From contig JAYSRZ010000083.1 of assembly GCA_043720775.1 (NCBI GenBank), forward strand, positions 1 through 48,911: a stretch of DNA of 48,911 nucleotides, written 5' to 3'. The position numbers were made by a program, and so were the translations under genes. Source of the DNA: Variovorax sp. GTDB taxonomy: Bacteria > Pseudomonadota > Gammaproteobacteria > Burkholderiales > Burkholderiaceae_C. Shown piece by piece: positions 28,185 through 37,290 of the stretch (position 1 is its first letter; the number at the start of each line of letters is the position of its first letter). The notes under the pieces are model-generated. The model was not told the origin of the DNA. It saw only the letters and a list, made by a program, of their open reading frames with translations, and ran no database searches.

Positions 28185-28346
28185 AACTTCCGGTACGCGA
28201 AAGACGCGAAAGTTACACGAAAGACGCTAAAAAGAAAAACAAAAGATACAAAAAGATTTGGAAAAATAGATCAAAAAAGAGAATTCACTTTGGTATTCCT
28301 TTCGCGCTTTTCGCGTAACTTTCGCGTCTTTCGCGTACCGGAAGTT
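28185..28346. repeat. 162-bp inverted-repeat element built of ACGCGAAAG-type units
   Basis: aacttccggtacgcgaaagacgcgaaagttac.. / ..gtaactttcgcgtctttcgcgtaccggaagtt around an A-rich spacer. Confidence 0.9.
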
Positions 28347-28359
28347 CAATCTCGCCTAA

Positions 28360-31101
28360 CTAAGCTGCCAATGCCCGCGAGACGACTTCGCGCACGTCGT
28401 TGCTCAAGTCACTTTTCGCTGCCACGCGCTCAATCGCATGTTTGGCAGCATCTTGATACGGCTGTGCGAGCTTCTTCCAGCGATCTAAAGCGCGGGCTAG
28501 GCGGGCTGCTACTTGGGGGTTGATGGCATCGAGTGCGAGCACTTGATCGGCCCAATACACGTAGCCGGCTGCATCAGCTCGGTGGAAAGCGGCTGGGTTG
28601 GCGCTGCAATAGCTGAAGATGAGGCTGCGGGCGCGGTTGGGGTTCTTCAAATTGAAATCGGCATGCTGCATCAGAGCGCGCACCTGCGGCAAGATGTTGC
28701 CACTCCGATCTGGGCTGCCCGCTTGCAGGGCAAACCATTTGTCGATCACCAGCGCTTCCTGTTTAAACATTGCGTGGAATTTAGCCAGCGCGGGCTCTGC
28801 GTGTGGGCTGCCGCTAGCGACCAGCGCAGACAAAGCGCCGAAGCGGTCTGTCATGTTGCTGCTCTCTTTGAAGCGCTGATAGGCTTTGCCATGCCAAACT
28901 TCGCGCGCTTGATCTTGTGAGCCTAAGCAAAGCATGGAGAGCGCAAGATTGGCTAGAGAGCGGCGGCCAGAGCTAGTCGCATCTGGCGAATAAGCGCCGG
29001 TGTCTTTGTTGGCCTCCAACGCGGCTGCCCAATCGTCGTGTAGCGCAACAGCCAAAGCTTGGCGCATGCCTTCGCGCACAGCATGAATGGATTGCGGATC
29101 AACCACGTCGAGTTGCTCTGCGATGTACGTCTCAGCGGGCAGAGTCAGGACGAGCTCTTTGAAAGCTGCATCGAGCGATGCATCGCGAAGCACATGGCGC
29201 AGAGCGGCTACATAGCGTGATGAGGCAAACAGTTTTGCATCAAATAGGCCTTCGTCGCTCGTAGATACTGCGTGAAGCGCTACTGAATTAATAGCGTTTT
29301 GCTTCAACGCAGAGAGCGCAGCTTGCATCGCCAATCGCTGTGCAGCCTCCCAGCGGTTGAAAGAATCGCTGTCGTGCGCGAGCAGCGAAAGGAGTTGATC
29401 TTCGCTGTAGTCGAATTCTAAAATCACCGGCGCTGAGAAGCCGCGAAAGAGCGAGGGCACGGGCTCAGCTGTGATGCCAATAAACTGCAAAACCTCCTGC
29501 GCCTGCGTGAGCACGATGGTGCGCGCGCTTTGCACGGCTTGCTCCTCGTGCGCGAGCTGGAGTGGCATGTCGTGGCCTGTGGCTGGGTTCACCAAACCGA
29601 GCGCCAGCGGGAGCACGAAGGGCTCTTTGCCGGGTTGGCCGGGTGTGGCGGGGCAGCTTTGCGAGAGGCTGAGCGTGTAGGTCTGCTTCGCCGCGTCATA
29701 CACGCCATGCGCTTTCACGCGCGGCGTGCCAGCTTGGCTATACCAGCGAAGAAATTGCGGCAGCAGCGTTTGCAGCGCAGAGCCAGGGTTGGCGGCTGCA
29801 ATGGCGTTGGCAAAATCATCGCAAGTTACAGCCTGGCCATCGTGCCGCTTGAAATACTCGGCCATGCCTTTGGCAAACCCCGTGCGGCCCACCAAGCTTT
29901 GCATCATGCGCACGACTTCTGCGCCTTTTTCGTAAATCGTGACGGTGTAGAAATTGTTGATCTCTGCGTATTGATCGGGGCGCACAGGATGCGCCATCGG
30001 GCCCGCATCTTCGGGAAACTGGGCTTGGCGCAATACGCGTACATCTTCAATGCGCTTCACAGCTCTGGCCGAGGGGTTGGGGCAAAGGTCTTGAGAAAAT
30101 TCTTGATCGCGGAAAACAGTGAGGCCTTCCTTCAAAGATAGCTGAAACCAATCGCGGCAAGTGATGCGGTTGCCTGTCCAATTGTGAAAATACTCGTGGC
30201 CGACGACGCTTTCAATGTTCGCGTAATCCACATCCGTGGCAGTCGCTGGGTTGGCCAACACATACTTTGTGTTGAAAATATTGAGGCCTTTGTTTTCCAT
30301 CGCGCCCATGTTGAAATCGCTCGTGGCGACGATCATGAAGCGCTCTAAATCGAGCGGCAAATTGAAGCGAGCTTCATCCCATGCGACGGAGGCCATGAGC
30401 GAATTCATGGCGTGCTCGGTTTTGTCGAGATCGCCTGCTCTGACGAAGACTTGCAGCAAATGATCTGTGCCGGAGCGAGACGTGATGCGCTGCTCTCTGG
30501 CGACGAGTTTGCCAGCGACTAATGCGAAAAGATAGCAAGGCTTCTTGTGCGGATCGATCCATTTGGCGAAATGTTTGCCCTCTGGTAGATCGCCGCTTTC
30601 TACTAAATTGCCATTGGAGAGCAAGACGGGGTAGAGCGCTTTATCTGCTCGCAGCGTGACGCTGTAAGAAGACATCACATCGGGGCGATCTAGGAAATAC
30701 GTGATGCGCCGAAAGCCTTCGGCTTCGCATTGCGTGAAAAATGTGTCTTGGCTTACATAAAGGCCGGAGAGCGATGTGTTCTTACTTGGATTGCAAGTCG
30801 TGAAAATCTCTAAATCGCACTCTGCAGGTAGACCATCGAGCACCAGCGTTTCGCCATCCATTTTGAAGGAGCAGCCCGCGCCATTCACGAGCACGCGAGC
30901 GAGATTGAGCTCTACGCCGTCTAAGCGAAGCGGCGCGTCTTGCGCGGCATCTGGATTGCGGCGAATATGCATTTTGCTGAGCACACGCGTTTTCGCGGGA
31001 TCGAGATCAAACGTGAGATCCACGGTGTCGATCCAAAAGGGTGGCGGCGCGTAGTCTTCGCGGCGAATCACGGTGGGGGTGGCTGAGCCTTCTTTAAACA
31101 T
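28360..31101 (-). CDS. pepN: Aminopeptidase N (M1)
   Basis: GAMENKG, HEYFHNWTGNR..LKEG; start MFKEG at 31101. Confidence 0.97.
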   Translation of the reverse strand: MFKEGSATPTVIRREDYAPPPFWIDTVDLTFDLDPAKTRVLSKMHIRRNPDAAQDAPLRLDGVELNLARVLVNGAGCSFKMDGETLVLDGLPAECDLEIFTTCNPSKNTSLSGLYVSQDTFFTQCEAEGFRRITYFLDRPDVMSSYSVTLRADKALYPVLLSNGNLVESGDLPEGKHFAKWIDPHKKPCYLFALVAGKLVAREQRITSRSGTDHLLQVFVRAGDLDKTEHAMNSLMASVAWDEARFNLPLDLERFMIVATSDFNMGAMENKGLNIFNTKYVLANPATATDVDYANIESVVGHEYFHNWTGNRITCRDWFQLSLKEGLTVFRDQEFSQDLCPNPSARAVKRIEDVRVLRQAQFPEDAGPMAHPVRPDQYAEINNFYTVTIYEKGAEVVRMMQSLVGRTGFAKGMAEYFKRHDGQAVTCDDFANAIAAANPGSALQTLLPQFLRWYSQAGTPRVKAHGVYDAAKQTYTLSLSQSCPATPGQPGKEPFVLPLALGLVNPATGHDMPLQLAHEEQAVQSARTIVLTQAQEVLQFIGITAEPVPSLFRGFSAPVILEFDYSEDQLLSLLAHDSDSFNRWEAAQRLAMQAALSALKQNAINSVALHAVSTSDEGLFDAKLFASSRYVAALRHVLRDASLDAAFKELVLTLPAETYIAEQLDVVDPQSIHAVREGMRQALAVALHDDWAAALEANKDTGAYSPDATSSGRRSLANLALSMLCLGSQDQAREVWHGKAYQRFKESSNMTDRFGALSALVASGSPHAEPALAKFHAMFKQEALVIDKWFALQAGSPDRSGNILPQVRALMQHADFNLKNPNRARSLIFSYCSANPAAFHRADAAGYVYWADQVLALDAINPQVAARLARALDRWKKLAQPYQDAAKHAIERVAAKSDLSNDVREVVSRALAA
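29232..29295 (-). repeat. 64-bp motif, copy 7 (in pepN; AINSVALHAVSTSDEGLFDAK)
   Basis: gctattaattcagtagc-gcttc-acgc-agtatctacg-agcgacgaa-ggcc-tattt-gatgcaaaa. Confidence 0.88.
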
Positions 31102-31121
31102 ACTTTTTCTCTTTAACTTCT

Positions 31122-31814
31122 TCAACTTTTTAGGGCAGCGATGTGCAGACTTTGCAAAAAGTCCTGCGCCATCAATTCTTCGTAATCCTTTGCGCTCGCA
31201 ATCACATGATCGCCAGCCAATTCTTGTGCGGAATGCGTGCTGCAAATTGCCACAGCCCGCATGCCGGCGCACCGCGCCGCTTCAATGCCCAGCGGCGCAT
31301 CTTCAAAGACAATTGCGTGCTTAGCCAGCGTAGATACTGCGCGAGCCGCTTCCAAAAAGATAGCAGGCTCGGGCTTGCCCGGCAGCCCCATATCGCCGCG
31401 AATAATTGCCTGCGGGTTCTGCTGCATCTTCAAATGAGACAACGCAAACTCCACATTATGGATATCGCCCGCTGTGCCCACGGCAATCTTCAAACCCAGC
31501 GCCCGAGCTTGCGCTTCAAACGCTTTAAATCCACGCACCTCCGTAAAAATCGGCGCAAACAGCTCCCGGTAAATCTGCTCTTTCTCCTCCACCAGCGGCA
31601 GGGCCTCAGCAGGCGTCATCGCGCGGCCAAACAACTCCCCCATGCATTCCGTGCCCGTGCGCCCGGTGGTGCGCCGCATGAGCTCCGCCAAATCCATCTT
31701 CACGCCATGCCGATGCGCAAACACCTCCCACGAACGCGCGTGAGAAGGCATCGAATCAATCATGGTGCCATCCATGTCGAAGATCAGGGCTTGGGTGAGG
31801 TGAGGTTTTTGCAC
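31122..31814 (-). CDS. HAD-family phosphatase (beta-PGM/CbbY-like)
   Basis: IFDMDGTMIDS, GKPEPAIF, VFEDAPLG. Confidence 0.92.
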   Translation of the reverse strand: MQKPHLTQALIFDMDGTMIDSMPSHARSWEVFAHRHGVKMDLAELMRRTTGRTGTECMGELFGRAMTPAEALPLVEEKEQIYRELFAPIFTEVRGFKAFEAQARALGLKIAVGTAGDIHNVEFALSHLKMQQNPQAIIRGDMGLPGKPEPAIFLEAARAVSTLAKHAIVFEDAPLGIEAARCAGMRAVAICSTHSAQELAGDHVIASAKDYEELMAQDFLQSLHIAALKS

Positions 31815-31849
31815 GCTTTGATTCTAAAGGGCGCACTTGTTTAATTTGC

Positions 31850-31878
31850 TTGAAATATGTATTTATAAACAGTAAAAT
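31850..31878 (+). promoter_or_regulatory. Sigma70 promoter with near-consensus LexA (SOS) box in the spacer
   Basis: TTGAAA-17 bp-TAAAAT; ATGT-ATTTATAA-ACAG at 31857-31872 (1 mismatch to CTGT-N8-ACAG). Confidence 0.6.
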
Positions 31879-31902
31879 CCTATCGTCAACTTCAATGCAC
31901 CC

Positions 31903-32742
31903 ATGAAAATCTTGCCTGCTCAATTTGATGGTCAGTCTATTCGCCGTTTGTACGACGAGGAGACGGAAACTTGGTGGTTTTCCGTGATTGATGTGGTGCA
32001 GGTGTTGACGGAGAGCGAAAACGCGCGCGATTACTGGTTCAAAATGAAAATTCGCGTCAAGTCAGAAGACGGGGCTGAACTGTCGACAAATTGTCGACAG
32101 TTGAAATTGCCCGCTGCGGACGGCAAATCGCGCCTTACCGATTGCGCCACGGCAGAAAACTTGCTGCGCATCGTTCAATCCATCCCCAGCCCCAAAGCCG
32201 AGCCCATCAAACTCTGGCTCGCCAAAGTGGGCTACGAGCGCATGCAAGAAATGGCCGATCCTGCGCTCTCGCTCAACCGTGCCCGGCAAACTTGGCAGCA
32301 GCATGGCCGCAGCGAGAAATGGATAGCGCAGCGCATGACGGGGCAGGAAACGCGCAACAAGCTCACAGACTATTGGCGCAATCACGATATCAAAGAAGGC
32401 AGTGAATTTGCCATTTTGACCAACATCATCCATCAGGAATGGTCGGGGGTCAGCGTGAAAGAGCATAAAGGCATGAAAGGCCTAAAAAGCCAAAATTTGC
32501 GGGATCACATGAGCGAAGCGGAGTTGATTTTTACGGCGTTGGCGGAGCTCTCCACTCGACAAATCGCCGAAAGTGACGACGCCACTGGCATGGTTGAGAA
32601 CAAGCAGGCCGCCATCGAGGGCGGCGGCATGGCTCGGCATGCTCGCAAACAATTGGAAAAGCGCACCGGGAAAAGTGTTGTGTCTGGCGATAGTTTCTTG
32701 GCCGGCAGCGCAGAGAGCCCGAAGAAACTGACGCGAAAGTAA
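31903..32742 (+). CDS. BRO-N domain protein (antirepressor-like)
   Basis: IRRLYDEETETWWFSVIDVV, LKLPAADGKSRLTD, IVQSIPSPKAEPIKLWLA, NLRDHM. Confidence 0.88.
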   Translation: MKILPAQFDGQSIRRLYDEETETWWFSVIDVVQVLTESENARDYWFKMKIRVKSEDGAELSTNCRQLKLPAADGKSRLTDCATAENLLRIVQSIPSPKAEPIKLWLAKVGYERMQEMADPALSLNRARQTWQQHGRSEKWIAQRMTGQETRNKLTDYWRNHDIKEGSEFAILTNIIHQEWSGVSVKEHKGMKGLKSQNLRDHMSEAELIFTALAELSTRQIAESDDATGMVENKQAAIEGGGMARHARKQLEKRTGKSVVSGDSFLAGSAESPKKLTRK

Positions 32743-32758
32743 GCCGTGCTCTGCGCGC

Positions 32759-34066
32759 TCAGCAGATAGAAAAATAAGCATTCAAAAAGCCACGAAACCG
32801 GGCTCTGCCGCCGCGTTGCGGCAGCGTTGTGAGGCGATAGTTAGGAAATCTCTGCAAGAAGCGTGCGCTAGCGATGCGGCCTTCTAGGCGGGCTAGGCTG
32901 AGGCCTGCGCATTGGTGGATGCCGTAGCCGAAGGCGAGGTGTTTGTTGGGGGTTCGGGCGAGGTTGAGTTCGTCCGGCTGATCGAAGACGGCTCTATCGC
33001 GGTTGGCTGCGCCGATGCACAGGGTGAGCAGCGTACCTGCCTTGAAATGCTGGCCGGCTAGCTCAAAATCTTTTATGGCGCGGCGGTTGCTCAGTTGGTT
33101 GCTGGATTCGAAGCGGAGGAATTCGTCTGTTGCTGTGTCCCATGCGTCAGTCAGATGAGAATTTGAAGCAATATGAGCAGTTTGCCGGCTTATTACCTGC
33201 GTGGAGTGCTCATTAATTAATAGTGCTTGTTGCAGTGCTGTTGGATGCTCTTGCAGGGCGATGAGGGCGTTGCCGATCAGATTGGTGGTGGTCTCGTGGC
33301 CAGCGTTCAAGATGAAGATGCAGTTTTGCAGGAGCTCGGTTTCCGTGAGCTGCGGCTCGGCTTGAATGAGGCGGGTGAGCACATCGTGCTCAGGATCGCC
33401 CGGATTTTTTCTGCGCTCTTGAACTAAGCTTTTCAAATAGGTTTTGAATTCACGCACGCTGCTGTGGCCGATGGCTTCTTGCTCTTTAGACAAACGCGGC
33501 TCAAGCGCGCCGAGGATGGCCAAGCTCCAGCCGCGCAGCGGGGCGCGATCCGCGTGCGGGATGCCGAGCAGATTGCCGATGATCTCTACCGGAATGGCGG
33601 CAGCAAAATCTTCGATCAAATCGCCTCCGCCTTTGTTTTCGATGCCATCCAGCAAGCGATCAACGAGTTCAATCAATCCGGCTTCCATCTCTGCTATAGC
33701 GCGGCGCGACAAAGCGCCCATGATGATTTTTCTCACCCGCGTGTGCAGCGGCGGATCATTGAAGACGAGGCTCGTGGTGTGGTGCTCGTGCAATGGCGAG
33801 CCTTGCCCATACTTTGGCGTGAACTCGGCTTGCTTGTCAGAGCTAAAAGTTTGCGCGTCTTTGTACACGCTCACCAGATCAGCATGCCGCGTTAAAAACA
33901 AGCTGCCATCGGGCATAAGACGAATCGGCTCATGCTCGCGCAGCCAGTCATACACGGGATACGGATTGGCGTAGAAATCAGCGGGCAGATCGCGAAGATC
34001 AAGGCTTTGAGCCATTTCGGCGGCTCGCTGCGCAGATACTTCGGGCGTGATGATCAATGGAGGCAT
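32759..34066 (-). CDS. Cytochrome P450
   Basis: DPPLHTRVR, AGHETT, EFLR, ANRD, FGYGIHQCAG (heme Cys). Confidence 0.95.
   Translation of the reverse strand: MPPLIITPEVSAQRAAEMAQSLDLRDLPADFYANPYPVYDWLREHEPIRLMPDGSLFLTRHADLVSVYKDAQTFSSDKQAEFTPKYGQGSPLHEHHTTSLVFNDPPLHTRVRKIIMGALSRRAIAEMEAGLIELVDRLLDGIENKGGGDLIEDFAAAIPVEIIGNLLGIPHADRAPLRGWSLAILGALEPRLSKEQEAIGHSSVREFKTYLKSLVQERRKNPGDPEHDVLTRLIQAEPQLTETELLQNCIFILNAGHETTTNLIGNALIALQEHPTALQQALLINEHSTQVISRQTAHIASNSHLTDAWDTATDEFLRFESSNQLSNRRAIKDFELAGQHFKAGTLLTLCIGAANRDRAVFDQPDELNLARTPNKHLAFGYGIHQCAGLSLARLEGRIASARFLQRFPNYRLTTLPQRGGRARFRGFLNAYFSIC
33161..33224 (-). repeat. 64-bp motif, copy 8 (in P450, different frame; LLINEHSTQVISRQTAHIASN)
   Basis: actattaattaatgagc-actcc-acgc-aggtaataag-ccggcaaac-tgct-catat-tgcttcaaat. 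Confidence 0.75.
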
Positions 34067-34130
34067 TTTTAAGTAAAAAATGGTCTGTAGCCGGCATGGA
34101 ATCTGCGCAAAGCGCTATCTTATTAGGAGT
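34067..34130 (-). repeat. 64-bp motif, copy 9 (fills the whole bug-P450 intergenic gap)
   Basis: actcctaataagatagc-gcttt-gcgc-agattccatg-ccggctaca-gacc-atttt-ttacttaaaa. Confidence 0.8.
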
Positions 34131-35131
34131 CAGTCAGCCTTGACTCTGCCTGATGTCATCACGGGTTTCCAACGTGCAATTTCGCTAGAAATCAATTGGC
34201 CATAAGCCTCGGGCGTGGTGGGCGTGGCAATCGCGCCTTCGCTGCTGAGGCGCGTTTTCATGGCTTCTGAATTGAGCGATGCGTTGATCTGGGAGTTGAG
34301 CTTCATCACCACATCGCGTGGCGTTCCTGCGGGCGCAACGACGCCGTACCATTGATCGGCCTCAAAGCCTTTGATGCCCAGCGTCTCGTTCACGGTGGGT
34401 AGATCCGGCAGGGCATCCATGCGCTTTCCCGAGGAGACGGCCAGTGCCCGCAGTGCGCCCGACTTGATGTGGGCGAGCAAAGCGGGCGCGCCGGTGAACA
34501 TGAATTGAATTTGCCCGGCCAGCAGATCGTTCACCGCAGGCGCTGTGCCGCGATAGGGGATATGAACAATTGACGTGCCGGTTTGCATCTTGAAATACTC
34601 AGTGGCGAGATTGGCGGCGCTGCCATTGCCGCCTGAGCCGTAATTCAATTTTCCAGGATTGGCCTTGAGATAGGTAACGAGATCTTTCAAATTCTTCACC
34701 GGCACGCTCGGATGCACCACGAGCACATTGGGCACGCGAGCGACCCAAGCTACAGGAGCGAAGTCTTTGATCGGGTCATACGGCAGCTTCGGATACAGCG
34801 AAGGGTTGACAGCGAGTGTGCCGATATGGCCCATCATCAGCGTGTAGCCATCGGGCGCGGCCTTGGCAGCGCGCTCCGCGCCGATGCTGCCACCCGCGCC
34901 GGCCACGTTTTCAATCACCACGCTTTGATTCCAAGCTTTCGTGAGCTCTATGCCGATGGCGCGCGCCAATATATCCGTCGTGCCGCCCGGTGTGAAGGGC
35001 ACGATCATGCGAATGGGTTTGCTGGGATAGGCCACTGCAGCAGGCGTTTGCGCTGCGGTATTTAAGGAAAAAAGGCCGATAGCGACCGCCAATACTGCGT
35101 GAAGCGCTATGAATTTAATAGTTTGATGCAT
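34130..35131 (-). CDS. Bug/TctC tripartite tricarboxylate transporter substrate-binding protein
   Basis: YPSKPIRMIVPFTPGGTTDILAR, ENVAGAGG, HIPYRG; start MHQT at 35131. Confidence 0.95.
   Translation of the reverse strand: MHQTIKFIALHAVLAVAIGLFSLNTAAQTPAAVAYPSKPIRMIVPFTPGGTTDILARAIGIELTKAWNQSVVIENVAGAGGSIGAERAAKAAPDGYTLMMGHIGTLAVNPSLYPKLPYDPIKDFAPVAWVARVPNVLVVHPSVPVKNLKDLVTYLKANPGKLNYGSGGNGSAANLATEYFKMQTGTSIVHIPYRGTAPAVNDLLAGQIQFMFTGAPALLAHIKSGALRALAVSSGKRMDALPDLPTVNETLGIKGFEADQWYGVVAPAGTPRDVVMKLNSQINASLNSEAMKTRLSSEGAIATPTTPEAYGQLISSEIARWKPVMTSGRVKAD
35059..35122 (-). repeat. 64-bp motif, copy 10 (encodes the Bug signal-peptide core TIKFIALHAVLAVAIGLFSLN)
   Basis: actattaaattcatagc-gcttc-acgc-agtattggcg-gtcgctatc-ggcc-ttttt-tccttaaata. 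Confidence 0.85.
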
Positions 35132-35138
35132 GATGACT

Positions 35139-36071
35139 TTAAGCAGCTGTGACGAACAAGGGCGTTGCCAAACGGCTGATGAGATCGAGCATGGCGCGCT
35201 GCGTGAGTGTGCTGGGGCGCTGAGCACTTGTGGCAATCGATAGTCGGGAAAGCAAGCCGTCGATCTGCGTGATCTCAAAGCGCTCTGCTGCTTGCATATT
35301 CGCCACCGCGCTTTGCGGCAGCACTGCGCAGCCCGCGCCATCGGCCACCAGTTCGAGAATAGAAGACACGCCATCAATCTCCAAAGCAATCGTGGGGCGC
35401 AGGCCGAGATCGCCCAGGCGCGTCTCCACCAAATTGCGAATCGCGTTGGGTTTCGTGGGGATCACTAATTGGAGATCTGCAATTTCAGCAAGAGAGATTT
35501 TTACGTGCTTTTCTTTTCTCGCTGCGTTGGCACTGCGTGGCGGTTTTGCCGTCTTTGAAATCGGTTTGACGAGATACAGCGCCTCTTCTAAAAGCGGCGC
35601 AAGCTCGATCTCCGGCGTTGGCATGGCGTTGTACAGCAGGGCGATATCAAGCCGACCATTGGCCAAAGCCTCCTGCATCGCGACTGACAAGCCTTCTTGA
35701 ATCGCAATGGTGGCCTGCGGCAATTGCTTCCTGAATTCGCGCACCAGCGGCACAGCCAACATTCGCGCCACGCTGGTGGGCATGCCCACAGCCACGCGGC
35801 CCGACAAGCCGCCACGCACTTTGCCCAAATCTTCTTTTGCCCGCTCCACCTGATGCAAAATCCCCCTCCCGCGCTCCAGCATCAGCTTGCCGGCCTCGGT
35901 CGGCACAGCGCCTCGCCCGTTGCGCGTGAGCAAATTCTGACGCAGCTCCACCTCAAGCAAACGCACTTGGCGCGAAAGCGCAGGCTGGGCAATGCGCAGC
36001 TGCTGGGCGGCGCGCGTGAAGCTGCCCAGCTCAGCCACGCGCACGAAGTATTCAAGTTGGCGTAAATCCAT
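35139..36071 (-). CDS. LysR-family regulator (likely regulator of the lig cluster)
   Basis: MDLRQLEYFVRVAELGSFTRAA..QPALSRQVRLLE; divergent from the lig operon. Confidence 0.95.
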   Translation of the reverse strand: MDLRQLEYFVRVAELGSFTRAAQQLRIAQPALSRQVRLLEVELRQNLLTRNGRGAVPTEAGKLMLERGRGILHQVERAKEDLGKVRGGLSGRVAVGMPTSVARMLAVPLVREFRKQLPQATIAIQEGLSVAMQEALANGRLDIALLYNAMPTPEIELAPLLEEALYLVKPISKTAKPPRSANAARKEKHVKISLAEIADLQLVIPTKPNAIRNLVETRLGDLGLRPTIALEIDGVSSILELVADGAGCAVLPQSAVANMQAAERFEITQIDGLLSRLSIATSAQRPSTLTQRAMLDLISRLATPLFVTAA

Positions 36072-36243
36072 ACTCTCAAGAATGCCTGTGAATAACCATT
36101 TTTGGCATGGGGGAACTACTGATATTGAGATTTTGGATAACTGCTAGCCTCTGATCATCTTCGTACAAAGCCGCAAAACTGAAAAAATGCGAAGACAAAA
36201 ACAAATCACTTTATTCACTCTTTTTGACCCTTGGAGACAAACC

Positions 36244-37287
36244 ATGAACGCTTCAACCCAGATGAACAAACGCCAGCTTCTGAAAGCCGGCGCAGCAGCC
36301 ACAGCGCTCGCCGCAACCGGCCAATCGCTCGCCCAAGTCGGGCCCTTGCGCTTTCATCAAATGCTGCCCGCGCAGGCCGTGATTCCCTCTAAAGCAATTG
36401 CGCCGTGGATCGCTAAAGTTGAAAAAGAATCCGGCGGCCGCTTGAAGATTCAGCAGTTCAATGCGATGGCTTTGGGCGGCACGCCGCCTCAGCTTTTTGA
36501 TCAAGCTAGAGATGGCGTGGCCGACATCACATGGACCGTGCTCGGCTACACGGCTGGCCGCTTCAACCGCTGCGAAGTGTTTGAGTTGCCTTTTATGACT
36601 TCAGGCGCAGAGAGCGGCTCGCGCGCTTTCCAAGAATACGTTGAGAAAAACGCGATGGAAGAATTTAAAGATGTGAAGCTGATTTGCGTTCACACGCACG
36701 GTGCAGGCCTGTTTCACACCAAAGAGCCGGTGACGAATATGGAGGATCTGCGCGGCATGAAAATTCGCGGCGGCTCGCGCGTGATCTCCAATATGCTCAC
36801 CAAATTAGGCGCTACGCCAGTGGGCATGCCTGTGCCTGCAGTCACAGATGCACTCTCCAAAGGCACGATCCAAGGCACGACGATTCCTTGGGAAGTCACG
36901 CCTGCGCTCAAAGTCACCGAGCTCGTGAAAAACCACACCACCTTCGCTGGCAAGCAAGGGCTTTACACGCAAACTTTCGCTGTCTCGATGAACAAAGCGG
37001 CGTATGAGAAGCTGCCGGCCGATTTGAAGAAGGTGATCGACGACAACTCAGGTATGGCCGCAGCCACCATGTTTGGCAAAGCGATGGATGAAGGCGATGC
37101 GATTGGCTTGGGCATCGCACGCGCAGCCGGAAACCGCATCATTGCGCTTGATATCGCCGAGACGCAACGCTGGAAGCGCACTGCTGGCACGGTAGAGACG
37201 GATTGGATCAAAGAGATGCAGGGCAAAGGCATTGATGGCGCGAAGCTGATTGCTGAGGCGCGCAGCTTGATTGCGAAATACGCTTAA
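36244..37287 (+). CDS. TRAP transporter substrate-binding protein DctP (no dctQM in window)
   Basis: Tat-like leader NKRQLLK; FELPF, DLRGMKIR, GATPVGMP, LPADLK. Confidence 0.9.
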   Translation: MNASTQMNKRQLLKAGAAATALAATGQSLAQVGPLRFHQMLPAQAVIPSKAIAPWIAKVEKESGGRLKIQQFNAMALGGTPPQLFDQARDGVADITWTVLGYTAGRFNRCEVFELPFMTSGAESGSRAFQEYVEKNAMEEFKDVKLICVHTHGAGLFHTKEPVTNMEDLRGMKIRGGSRVISNMLTKLGATPVGMPVPAVTDALSKGTIQGTTIPWEVTPALKVTELVKNHTTFAGKQGLYTQTFAVSMNKAAYEKLPADLKKVIDDNSGMAAATMFGKAMDEGDAIGLGIARAAGNRIIALDIAETQRWKRTAGTVETDWIKEMQGKGIDGAKLIAEARSLIAKYA

Positions 37288-37290
37288 ACG

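Noticed and set aside
28185-28346. CRISPR array in the short-unit repeat tracts (also 45327-45424)
   Set aside because: Units are 9-11 nt, inverted, without unique spacers; no cas genes
31102-31272. N-terminal extensions in the ORF track (pepN to 31272; likewise xdhB 6360, bug 35389, ligA 43930, HTH 4692)
   Set aside because: They overlap upstream genes or promoters; downstream ATGs match family N-termini
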